Below are positions 14,006 to 25,744 of a stretch of DNA of 64,000 nucleotides, piece after piece. Both the position numbers and the translations under genes were made by a program. The notes under the pieces were generated by a model that did no database searches, was not told the origin of the DNA, and saw nothing but the letters and a program-made list of their open reading frames with translations. Positions within the stretch are counted from its first letter, which is position 1, and each line of letters begins with the position of its first letter. This stretch comes from Anolis carolinensis (taxonomy: Eukaryota): NCBI RefSeq assembly GCF_035594765.1, contig NC_085846.1:13069190-13133189 (forward strand). Reading direction: 5' to 3'.

Positions 14006-17000
14006 TTTTACCCAAACAATAAAATGTTTTTCAAACAATATTAACGGTCTGAACTCGCCATCCAAAAGGAAAAGACTATTTAGTAAATTATGGAAAGAAA
14101 AATATAATATTACAGCCCTACAGGAGACACACATAGCAAAAAAACATGTAAAATATTTGATAAATGACCCTTTAGGACAGGTATATTACTCCTCGGATAT
14201 TAAGAAAAAAAGAGGAGTTGCACTATATATAGACACCAAATTTAAGTCGTTGGAAAAATTCAAGGACAATGAAGGAAGAGTTATAGGGGTAATGATAGAG
14301 ATTGGAGATGAGAAAATCCTTCTATGTAATATATACGCTCCAAACGGTCCAAAAACGAAATTTATAAAATTTGTTTGGGAAAATATCAACCAGATAGATT
14401 TCGATCATATGATTTTCGGAGATTACAATGGGGTGCTAGACAATAAATTAGACAAAACCTATAATCAAAAGAGGAAAAAAGAATTCAGTACCCTGCAAAA
14501 AATGTTCATAAGATTTAAGGAAGAATTTGACCTGAAAGACACATGGAGGGAACTTAATCCTAATCAAAAAGACTATACCCATCTCTCTAGCAGACATCAT
14601 CAATGGTCAAGAATCGACATGATTTGGGTGACCAAAACATTGTTAACTAAAATAGACAAAATTAAAATATTATCAAGAGACCTTTCGGACCACTGCCCAC
14701 TTGTTATGGTAATAAATCATAAAAACCATAAGAGAAAATGGAGACTAAATGATAATTTAATAAAATTAGAGAAAGATATAGATAGAATAAAAATTAAATC
14801 AAAGGAATTTTTTAAATTAAATGATACCCCTGAGGTGAGCCCACAGATAATCTGGGATGCCTATAAAGCTGTAATTAGAGGAGATTTAATTCAATTAAGC
14901 GCAAGTAAAAATAAAAGAAGGAACCAAGAAATAAACGAGTTGGTTAAACAAATTGATTCAGAAGAAAAGAAACTTAAACAAAATCCCAAAAACCAATTGA
15001 CGAAAAGGAAATTAGAATTATTAAAAAAACAAAAAAATACTTGGGAAATAGAGAGACTAGCCAATCGGTTGAAATGGGCGAAACAACAAATGTTCGAAAA
15101 TGCCAATAAGCCAGGTAGGTGGCTGGCTCGAATGATAAGAAAGAGGAAACAAAATAAACACATAGCTAAAATAAAGGTAGGAGATAGAGAGATAATTAAA
15201 GACGAGGAAATAAAGGAGGAATTTAAAATCTTCTATAAAAATTTGTACTCAAAGGATCCCATAGGCCAGGAAAACATTGTAAAGTACTTAGGAGAACAAA
15301 AGCTACCAAAAATAACGGAAGACCAGAGACTTGGACTAAATAAGGAAATTACAGAGGAGGAAATAAAAAAAGCAATAAAAGATCTTAAAGTAAATAAATC
15401 ACCAGGCCCAGATGGCTTCACCGGAGAATTTTATAAAACAGTACAAGAGGAAATAATACAATATTTGAAAAAAATAATGAATCAGGCGCTAAACTTGAAA
15501 AAAATCCCTGAATCTTGGAAGGAGGCTGAAATAATTATGATACACAAGGAAGGAACAGAAGCACAAGAGATCAGCAACTATCGGCCTATATCCTTACTCA
15601 ATATAGATTATAAAATTTACACAAAAGTTCTGGCAAATAGATTTAAAGAGTTTTTAAACGATTGGATTTCCGAGGACCAAACGGGATTTTTGAAAAACAG
15701 AAGTACAAAAGATAACGTAAGAATCATATTGGATATAATAGAATATTATGAATCAAACCCTCAAAAAGAGTTAGGACTTGTCTCAATAGACGCCGAGAAG
15801 GCATTTGACAACCTAAATTGGGAATTTTTCAAACTACTGTTACAAGAAATAGATATAGGGTGGCAATTTCAAAACGCTATTAACGCTATCTATGACAAAC
15901 AAAAAGCCAGAGTTAGTATTAATGGCCTGACATCAGAAGAATTCCACATCGAAAAAGGAACTAGACAAGGCTGTCCTTTATCTCCGCTGTTATTTATTTT
16001 TGCCCTAGAAATACTACTTAAAGCCATAAAAAATGATAAAAACTTACATGGGACAAAATTGGATAAACAAGAAATAAAAATAAGAGCCTTTGCAGATGAT
16101 ATAATCTGTATAGTAGAAGACCCACAAAGAGAGTTAAACAATTGGCTAGGAAAAATTGAGGAATTCGGCAAAGTGGCAGGTTTCAAATTAAATAAAAGGA
16201 AAACAAAAATTTTAACCAAGAACATGACTAAGAAAAAACAAGAAAATCTACATAAAATCTCAGGACTAGAAATAGCAACAAAAATTAAATATCTGGGGAT
16301 CTGGATCTCTGCAAAGAACAACCAACTCCTGGAACTAAATTACTTAGCCAAATGGAAAGAAATAAAAAAAGACCTCGAAAATGGGCAAAATCTAAATTTA
16401 TCATTACTAGGGCGAATAGCGGTAATCAAAATGAACATACTTCCTAAATTATTATATCTTTTTCAAAATGTCCCAATTATAAGAAATACAAAAATATTCA
16501 AAGATTGGAATAAAGATATATCCAAATTTATTTGGAAGAATAGAAAACCTCGAATCAAATACTCAATTATGATCACTCCCAAACTAAAAGGCGGTTTCGG
16601 TCTCCTTGATCTAAGATTATATTACGAGGCCTGTTCTTTGGAGTGGGTGAAAGAATGGGTAACCCTTAAAAAAGAAAAAATACTTACCATAGAGGGATTT
16701 GATTTAAGAAGGGGGTGGCATGGATATATGTGGTATGATATGATGAAAGTAGAAAAAAATTTTGGAAACCATTTTATTCGCTCAGCCCTGTTAAAAGTTT
16801 AGATTAAATATAAAAATTATTTCTACACAAAAACCCCATTGTGGCTATCTCCCCTTGAGGCAAACCAAAGAAGGCTCTTAGGCTGGACAATCTGGCCAAC
16901 ATACAAGGAGATCCTGGGCGGATTAAATAACAGAGATGAAGAGCCCTTTGTAAAAAGCATGGAAGAGATACAAAAGAATTATAAAAACGTCTCGTGGTTT

Positions 17001-17691
17001 CAATATATTCAAATTAAGGAATTCTATAAAAAAGATAGACAAGTAGGGTTCAATCAAGAAAGTGGCTTTTGGGACAAATTCCTGCAAGTGAAGGAGAAAA
17101 GTATAACTATCCTCTATAAAAAGTTATTAGACTGGGTTACCGAAAGAGAAGAAGTCACTAAATCAATGATACAATGGGCCAAAAATATAGGGAGGCCTAT
17201 AAACATAAAGGAGAATTGGTTAAAAATAGTACACAGGTGGTACTTGACACCAAAAAAATTGAACTTAATGTATAAAAATGTTAGTAATAAATGTTGGAAA
17301 TGCAAAGACCAAGTGGGCTCCTACCTACATATGTGGTGGTAAAAAAAATGAAAAGTTTTGGAAAACAATACACTCAGAATGTAATAAGATTCTTAAACTA
17401 AAAATGATCTTTAAACCAGAACTCCTCCTGTTAGGGTTGTATGATTCTGAAATTAAAATGGAGACAAATAAAGATAAACTTTTTACTTATTTTATAACGG
17501 CAGTGAGGATAATTTTGGCGAAACACTGGAAATCGGAAGAACCCCCCACAAAAGACCAATGGTTAAATAAAATTATAGAAATAAGAGATATGGACATTTT
17601 AACTTTTTGGATGAAGAGTAACTCCGGTAAGGCCATGAAAAGAACAAACTGGGAAGATTTCGACGAGTATCTCAAAAAAGAATATGATTGA
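13998..17691 (+). pseudogene. L1 ORF2p (APE endonuclease, reverse transcriptase, C-terminal Cys-rich region), disrupted
   Basis: NINGLN, LQETH, GDYN and SDH endonuclease motifs; [12 protein letters not shown] and YLG RT motifs; CWKC..H. In-frame TAG at 16800-16802 and a frameshift/stop at ~17340. Confidence 0.92.
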
Positions 17692-18039
17692 AGAGAGAAG
17701 ATGCCATATTGGAAGAGAAGAACGGAAGTCACCCAACCCCCCCCCCCCAAACTTTAGGCAACATTCCTTCCCTGGCCCCCTCATCCTACCCTCCTCAATT
17801 TATTCCTACCCCTCTTTTCCCTCTTCCCCCCCCCCTTTTTTTTTCTCTTTCTCTTCTTGCCCCTCCCCCTAAACCTACCCACTTCCCTCCCTCAAAAACT
17901 TTCCCGCACAATCTTTTCCCTTAGTTTCTTCCCCCCTGGATCACTGTTATGTATAAGCAAAATTTCAATAAAAATTATTAAAAAAAAAAAAGATGAGAGA
18001 AGTGTGTGTCCCTAAGTGGCACTTATGGTAGAGCCATGT

Positions 18040-19130
18040 ATGATTCCACAGCAAGCTGGCTTCAAAAAAGGCAAAAGGTGCACATCAAAAATGTTAAACC
18101 TGACTCATAAAAGATGGATTTGAAAGGCAACAGATTACAGGAGCTGTTTTCATAGACCTGTCAACAGCTTATGACACTGTAAATCATTGCCTTCTCCTGA
18201 GGAAAAAAAAAATCACAAAGGACTACCATCTGACCCACTTCATAGGAAATACGCTACAAAACAGGTGGGTTTTTTTTTGTTGAATTCTAGGGCCAGAGAA
18301 GCAGATGGCGAACACAGAAGAACGGCCTGGCGTGTTTGCTCCATCAATGTTTAACATCTATACAAATGACCAGCCATTGGCAGAAGGCACAGAGTTTAAT
18401 CTATGCTGACGATAGTGACATCACCGCCCAAGCAGGGAGCTTTGAAATGGTTGAACAGAAGCTCTCTGAAGATTTAGGTGCTCTTACTGTCTATTGCAGG
18501 GAAAACCTGCTGATCTCTAATCCATCTAAAACCCAGACGTGTGCTTTTCACCTTAAGAAACTCCAACAAGAGAACAATGGTTAGAGAAATTGAATTAAAT
18601 TTACGATATGGACAAACTAACATATCTAATGAAATCAAGCAGAGGAAATGCTATAAGAACAGACTGGAAAAAATACAAAGAATACAACGAAAAGGCAAAG
18701 GAAGAATAAATAAAAAGAGAACCCGAGAATGGAAATTATGAAATAAACCAAAAAAGCAAAAGAAAATAAGAATTGAAGACAGTACCACAAAGAGTAGAAA
18801 GCGGAAGACCAACAGGACTTTTTACCCTATATATACCTCCCTATCCTAGTATTTTTCTTCTTCTTCTTTTCTTCCCCTTTCAAATCCCATCCTAATTTTC
18901 CTTCACTTTTCACCCTCTTTTAATTATGTACACAAAAGAAAACCTGAATAAAAAGTATTTTTTTTTAAAAAAAAGAACAGACAAGCATCTCGAGCTCTGA
19001 GGATTACCTAGGAAGAAATCCCACTGGAGCATTGCAGCACACCAAAATACTTGGGAGTTACCCTGAACGGTGCCCTGGCTTACAAGAAGCACTGCTTGAC
19101 TATCAAGCAAAAAGTGGGTGCTAAAATAAT
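18040..19130 (+). mobile_element. Degenerate Vingi/Ingi-like LINE RT fragment, interrupted by a 5'-truncated L1
   Basis: Fragments translate to QQAGFKKG, DLSTAYDTVNH, YADD and CAFHLK|NRQASRALRIT...PKYLGVTL. The family assignment is from motif recall. Confidence 0.6.
18560..18973 (+). mobile_element. 5'-truncated L1 (second subfamily), 3' end only
   Basis: Encodes TPTREQWLEKL..YDMDKLTYLMKSSRGNAIRTDWKKYKEY, which resembles the ORF2 C-terminus of the neighbouring full-length L1. AATAAA plus A-tail; short TSD aagaa. Confidence 0.75.
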
Positions 19131-19269
19131 ATGGTGTTCTTACAGAGGCACTCCAAGTGGCCAGCTACTGGTCAAAGGACATTTAGTATAATGCCAAGTT
19201 GTTGTTGTGTTTTTAAATACATTACAACTTGTATCCTCGGTTTGCCTCTGACACGATAAATACCTATGT

Positions 19270-19935
19270 AGGAGCCCCCAGTGGCGCAGTGTGTTAAGGC
19301 GCTGAGCTGCTGAACTTGCAGACCAAAAGGTCGCAGGTTTGAATCCGGGGAGCAGAGTGAGCGCCTGCTGCTAGCTCCGGCTTCTGCCAACCTAAAAGGT
19401 TAAAGTTTTTCCCTGACGCTAAGTCCAGTCGTGACCAACTCTAGGGTTGGTGCTCTTCTCCATTTCTAAGCCGAAGAGCCAGCGTTGTCCGTAGACACCT
19501 CCAAGGTCATGTGGCCGGCATGACTACATGGAGCGCTGTTACTTTCCCGCCGGAGCGGTACCTATTGATCTACCCACATTTTCGAACTGCTAGGTTGGCA
19601 GGAGCTGGGGTTAACAGCGGGCGCTCATTCCACTCCCGGGATTTGAATCTGGGACCTTTCGGTCTGCAAGTTCAGCAGCTCAGCGCTTTAACACACTGTG
19701 CCACCACCAGGGGCCCTTCTGCCAACCTAGCAGTTCGAAAACATGCAAATGTGAGTAGATCAATAGGTATCGCTCCAGTGGGAAGGTAACGGCGCTCCAT
19801 GCATTCATGCCAGCCACATGATGTTGGAGGTGTCTACGGACAATGCTGGCTCTTCGGCTTAGAAATGTAGATGAGCACCAACCCCCAGAGTCGGTCACGA
19901 CTGGACTTAACGTCAGGGGAAACCTTTACCTTTAC
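19270..19935. mobile_element. Sauria SINE (+) with a second Sauria SINE (-) nested at 19395-19715
   Basis: ggagccccc.gtggcgcag head and (accttt)n tail; 14-bp TSD cttctgccaaccta at 19381-19394 and 19716-19729. Confidence 0.85.
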
Positions 19936-20149
19936 TTAGAGAAGGACTAATAACTGTGCCAAGTTTCATTGCTCTCAGTCCATAGGAAGTAGGTCAGGGA
20001 AAATCTTTAATGAACGCTCCTAGTATATAGATTCATGAATGTGTGCTTGGCATGTCTTTCTTTCCAAGGTTCAGGGTCTAAAAAGGTCACAGTAGGAGGC
20101 AGGCCTTTTGAGGGCAATTCAGGACAAGGCCTCTTTGCCATGGCCTGCC

Positions 20150-20720
20150 TTCGGCCTACTAATCCAGGCCCACGCCCACAGAAAGGCAACAAATAGGCGT
20201 CCCGGTGTCCTTTGCGCTCCAGGCGGCCATTTTGAGGGAGCCCTTCGAACGCCGACTTCATACAATCCCATCACGGTATGCTAATGAAGGGGCGTGGCTT
20301 GCTTTCCCTGTCATTAAAGCTTGCTGCTTCTCTGCGCATGCGTCATGCAGAGGAGGGAAACACGGCGCCACAAACGGTTAGTACAGGGCCTAGCCTAGGA
20401 TTGGGGATGTGGGCCTGCAAGTCTCTTGTGCGCATGCACCGTACGATAAGAAAAGGCTTTCCTCATTCTTACCGTGCGAATATTATTTACGACGCTCTTC
20501 TGCTTGGAGGAGCCCGCTCTTAGAAGCCGGGGATGAAGCGGCGTAGAAAAGTAGCAACAAAATGCCCCTTTTTAATCACATGACGGAATGTAACTCTACC
20601 GCGAGGTAGGTTGGGAAATGTAGTCCCAACTTCCGTTTCTTCCCCACCCTTGGGTGAGATATGTCTCTGGGAAGCCTACGACTCCCGTGACGCCTTGCGC
20701 GCGTTGAGCTTCTCTAGCCT
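20150..20720. promoter_or_regulatory. CpG-rich bidirectional promoter of HCFC1R1/THOC6
   Basis: CpG-dense; YY1 site GGCGGCCATTTT (20222-20233); NRF1 sites TGCGCATGCG (20333-20342) and GTGCGCATGCAC (20428-20439); ZNF143/THAP11 motif TTGGGAAATGTAGTC (20611-20625); lies between the two divergent genes. Confidence 0.75.
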
Positions 20721-21007
20721 TCCTTGCACATAGAGATAGAAAATGAAGAGTATTGGTTCTGATTCCTCGTCGCTGTGAATGGATTGGAGAGCAAAGCAAG
20801 ATAGCCATCAATTTTGTGGTTGGTTTGGTTTGCGGGGAAGGCATGAAGAAATGGATATGGTTTCTTAAAGCAACAGTGTCATATTTTGTACCTACAGGCA
20901 TTTTGGACATCTGCTCCCAGGATTCCTGACTGTTGGCCCAGATGGATGGGGCTTCTGGGAATGGAAGTCCAAAAACAACAACAACAATTGGAACCATTGA
21001 TTTAAAA

Positions 21008-21174
21008 CAGGCATGGGGAAACTTGGTCCCTCCAGGTGTTTTGGACTCCAACTCCCACCATTCCTAACAGCTTCAGGCCGCGGCTGAGGGGGAAAGAGAA
21101 AGGGCCTGAGGCTGTTAGGAATGGTGGGAGTTGGAGTCCAAAACACCTGGAGGGACCAAGTTGGCCAATACCTG
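21008..21174. mobile_element. Palindromic hAT MITE (CAGGCATGGGCAAAC family), internally deleted
   Basis: TIRs present; 8-bp flanks atttaaaa/acttaaaa. Confidence 0.75.
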
Positions 21175-21469
21175 ACTTAAAACATCTTACAACACATAAA
21201 GCAAATGTATTTTAATAGTAAATAGACTCAATAACAGATTTATGAATCCCTCCCTCATAAATTCAAGAAGATAGGAAACTGTTCTCATTGGTCCATTTCT
21301 CCCAATATTGTCAGTTCTGATTTACAGCCACTTGACAGAATTACAGGCTAGATTCTTTCCAAACAGTAGCGATCTCCAGGCCTGATCTTGTTTACTTCCT
21401 CAAGACATTGAAGACTGGGATTTTTACGGTGGTACTATTGAACTGACTTCTCTTTCCACCTTTTGCCAG

Positions 21470-21941
21470 ATGGATATCCAGCGATCCCTTGAGCTGCTGC
21501 ACATGACCGTCTACTCCCAGAGCGTCTCGCCTTGTGGGAAGTATTTAGCGGCAGGGAATAACTATGGAGAAATTGCCATATTCAGGTAACTAGGCCTCTC
21601 TTAACACAAAGGGTGTTTTTGGAGTGAGACATTAATTTGAAATTATTTCAAGTTACATTTCACGGTCTTTCCCTGCTCTTTACAGTCTTTCAGCAGCACT
21701 AAGTTCAGAGGCCAAGGAAGAGAGCAAGAAGCCAGTGGTCTCCTTTACAGGTAGATATATTTTTTTAATTTTATTGAAAAACGTATAAGTGATAAACATA
21801 CATACCACTGTGCGAAAAGTATAGAACGATAACATGAATACACACACACACACACATATATATATATAGAAGAAATAAAGGAAGAGGGGGAAAAAACATG
21901 AAAAAGGTAAAAAACGAAAGAAAGAAAGAAAGAGAAAGGAA

Positions 21942-21990
<49 letters not shown>

Positions 21991-22893
21991 TAAAAAAATT
22001 AGGGCCTAAATTCTCCCTATGGACTTAACATCTATACATAAACAATACAATCACAGGTAGATAATTATGGTCAAGTGAATCTAAGCAATTCCCGTTATTG
22101 TGTTGTCAAAGGCTTTCATGGCCAGAATCACTGGGTTGCTGTGAGTTTTCGAGGCTGTATCATCATGTTCCAGAAGCATTCTTTCCTGACGTTTCACCCA
22201 CATCTGTGGCAGGCATCACGAGAGGTTGTGAGGTATATTGGAAACTTAGCAAGGGAGGTTTATATATCTGTGGAAGCTAGGTCTTGAAGATGCAAGGCTT
22301 TTCTATGCTAATCAAGGTGATTGATTGCAACATTCACACTTGCCTCCAACAGATGAGTTCTTTCTCCCATCTTGGACTTTCCACAGATATATCAACCCCA
22401 CTTGCCTAGTTTCCAACAGACCTCACAAACTCTGGGGTTGCCTGCCATAGATGTGGGTGAAATGTCAGGAGAGAATGCTTCCGGAACATGGCCATACAGC
22501 CCATAAAACTCACAGTAACCTAATTCCCGTCATTTTTGTGACTGTTAAAATTCATTTTATGTGGCCATCGAGATACTGGACTACGACTCCTATGTTCCTC
22601 ATTATTAGTCATCATGACTAGAGCCAATGGGAGTTCTGATACAGTCACACCTGAGAGGCTGCAGTTTATTCTGTTTAGTCAGTGGAATGTGGTTTGAATT
22701 TAGATACAATGCTTGTAGATATGATGTCTCCCTTGAAACTGTCCTTTAACTTTTCCTCAGCTTCAAAGCCACAAGTGCTATTGGATTGCAATTATCATTA
22801 TCCCGAGTCCGTACCATGAATGATCAATGTGCTTGTTGGCATTGAATATTTGCCTTTGATGTTGTTAGCCATATTGGGAAATGGGGCCAGGAT

Positions 22894-22937
<44 letters not shown>

Positions 22938-25688
22938 CAACAACAACAAAGTGATTGGAATTGTCGTTAAATAATTTTGGGGGACCCTAAAGAGTCCTGA
23001 GACCATTATGTAAGAAAAATCTGTTGGCCCTCAGTATCCACACACTTTCTGTCCATGGATTCAACAGCCCATTGAAGGCAACCATAAGGCTGATGTGGTC
23101 CTGTATGAAAATGAGTTTGACATTCTGGATTAGGTACACAGAATCCCTGTAAAAGTGGAAAAACTACATATATATATACCTCATCAGCCTTACGATGGCA
23201 CTCTAAGAATCTCTAGGTCCTCCAGTGTGACTCTATGGTCAATTTCTGGCAAAAGTTTCCTAGTTATTTACCAATAAACTGATCTTGTAGTAATCAAAAC
23301 TTCAAAAGCCAAATCCACAGATATGGCCGACTGTTTATTTTTTCCAGTTTTCCATTTATAGCACAGCAAAGCATTTTTCTTTTTAAATCATATCCCAAAG
23401 CCTGGTGTCAGGTTATGTCATTGAACAAATACATAGAAGACTCAGTGTGTTTGGGATTGACATTATTTTCCTTGCAACCCTAATTTCAATAGTTTAGAGC
23501 TAAAAAGAGACACATGGGTCCAGGAGAATACTTTGCTTTTTCTGTTTCACATCAGAGAGTATACTTCATTATGGGAGTCCCCAATTCTGAGGAATGCAGA
23601 TTTTTGGTGATTGTTCATGGTAATCTGAGGATATCCCTTGAGTCATCTCAGGATGTTATTAAGTCCACCTTAAACCCCACTTTTTATTTCTGTAGCCCAC
23701 GATGGTCCCATCTATGCCATGGTTTCCACAGACCGACAGCTATTAAGTGCTGGCAACGGTGAAGTCAAGGCTTGGAACTGGAGTGAAATTGTGAAGAAGG
23801 TAAGGAAGGGTTGCCTGACAGTCACCTTACTATACAGGGTGTTTGAAAAAGAACTCCCTATTCAACATTTAATTTAAATGGTGAATAGGGAATTCTTTTT
23901 CAAACACCCTGTATTTCTCATGATCTATGTTGTTGTTTCATAACATCTATTTTCTGTGTAACTAGGGCTGCAAAGAAGCCTGGAGTAGAAGGCCTCCTTA
24001 TGGGTATAATTTACTTTCTTCCTTCAGTTTTCCTTATCGCCTTTTCCTTCCTTTTACAGACATCCCAATGCAATATTCCTCTTTCATTTTCTTTTCAGGA
24101 GCAGCCTAGAAGTGCCAGAAATCAACAGCCTTCAACTGAACCTCAAGGTAATAACCACAGTGGTGCAGTGTGGGAAGTTTCAAATGTGGTTCATTCAACT
24201 ACCTCACATCCAGAATTGCTTTCCTTTTTTAGGACAATAGTCTTCTAATGGCTGGTGGAGACTGTTCTATTCACATGATGGATCTCGAATCTGGAAGCTT
24301 TACTGTGAGTATTTGGAGCCTAAGATGAACAATTTGTGGGGAAGATGGTCAATATCTCTTAATTTTTGCACAAACTCAAACTGATCTAATCTTTTGTTAC
24401 TAAATCTGGATAAAAGGGTCTAGCCTGTCAACCTTCTCAGCAGATAATGAATTTTTGTGTCCATTTACTTTTCTTCCAAACTCACAAACTTAAAACTTAT
24501 TTTGAAAAACCCTACATTCTTAGAGTTTCGGTTTGCAACAATGATATAGTATCGTAATACAGTAAGACCCCTGAAATCATGGCACCCATACTAGCGGTTT
24601 CACATACCCAGACCTGGGGAAAAATGTTCTCTAGAAATTTTTCAGGTTCTCTAGATCAGAGCTTCTTACACTTTTTCTTCTGGTGACCTCTTTCTGCCCA
24701 AGAAATTTTTACGTGACCCCAGATACATAGGTACATAATGTAAAATAGTTATTAAAAAGTCAAACATTTGCTGATAATAAATCAGTATTTGCAAGACTTA
24801 CTAAACAGGCTGTTTCTCCTTTTTGTGCATTATGGCCAAAGCATTTTCCACAGAGTCCATTGTAAACACTGTACTTCGTTGCTAACAGATTTGTGTAAAT
24901 GACTGGCATCAGAAACTTTTTTACTGTTGCCAATTTTTTTCACAACCCCAACATTGAGCTAAGGGGACCCCATTTGGAGTTGGGGTGCACAGTTCAAGTA
25001 GTGACTGGTATGCTTCTTTTGGAAGTTTCCATAAAGCTGAGAGAAATTCTTAGAGAAGGATGCCTTTGTTGCAATGTCTAGGTCCTCTGATGGAAGTATT
25101 TTTGGACCTGAAGTCGGGTAATTAATGGTGTTTGATTATTGTATCTTTGGTTTCATCTAAGTATGGTATAACCCGGAATGTATCTCACATATATATGAGG
25201 GTCTTACTATACAAGAACCTTCCCCAGAAAGGGAAGTGCTATGTTACAACTATTTTCTCAGTCAACACTGAGCACCTCCATGTAGTTCTGTTTTATACCT
25301 CATTTTTCAGGTTCAAAAAAACCTTAGTATTTCCACAATTCCATTGCAGATATTACTGTACATATTTTGCTCAAGATATAGTACAATACAGTGGTTCTAT
25401 TTGCTCCCCTCCCTTCCTGTTAGTCTTCTCTGTTGACTTCCTGGAAACGTTTAGTACTTTGAACATATGTAATGACTGTTTACAAGATAACAATTCTAGA
25501 TGGGATGGTATAACTAATTGTTGCTTCTAGATAATTTTAAGGCAAAATTTCTCCCGTTTCAAACTTATTTGAAGCCCTGCGTCTATAATTGTGCCTTTTT
25601 CTTTTTAAATAATCTGTAGATATGGTTCCCAGGACTGTATGGAATTGTATTGCTTTTTTTCCTCCTGAACATCATTGCCAGTTTAGAC

Positions 25689-25744
<56 letters not shown>

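Larger units (their letters stand above)
12305..17990 (+). mobile_element. Full-length L1-clade LINE (~5.7 kb), antisense within HCFC1R1 intron 1
   Basis: TSD AAAAAGATGAGAGAAGTG at 12287-12304 and 17987-18004 at a TT|AAAA site; 5'UTR, ORF1, ORF2, pyrimidine-rich 3'UTR, AATAAA and poly(A). Confidence 0.95.
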
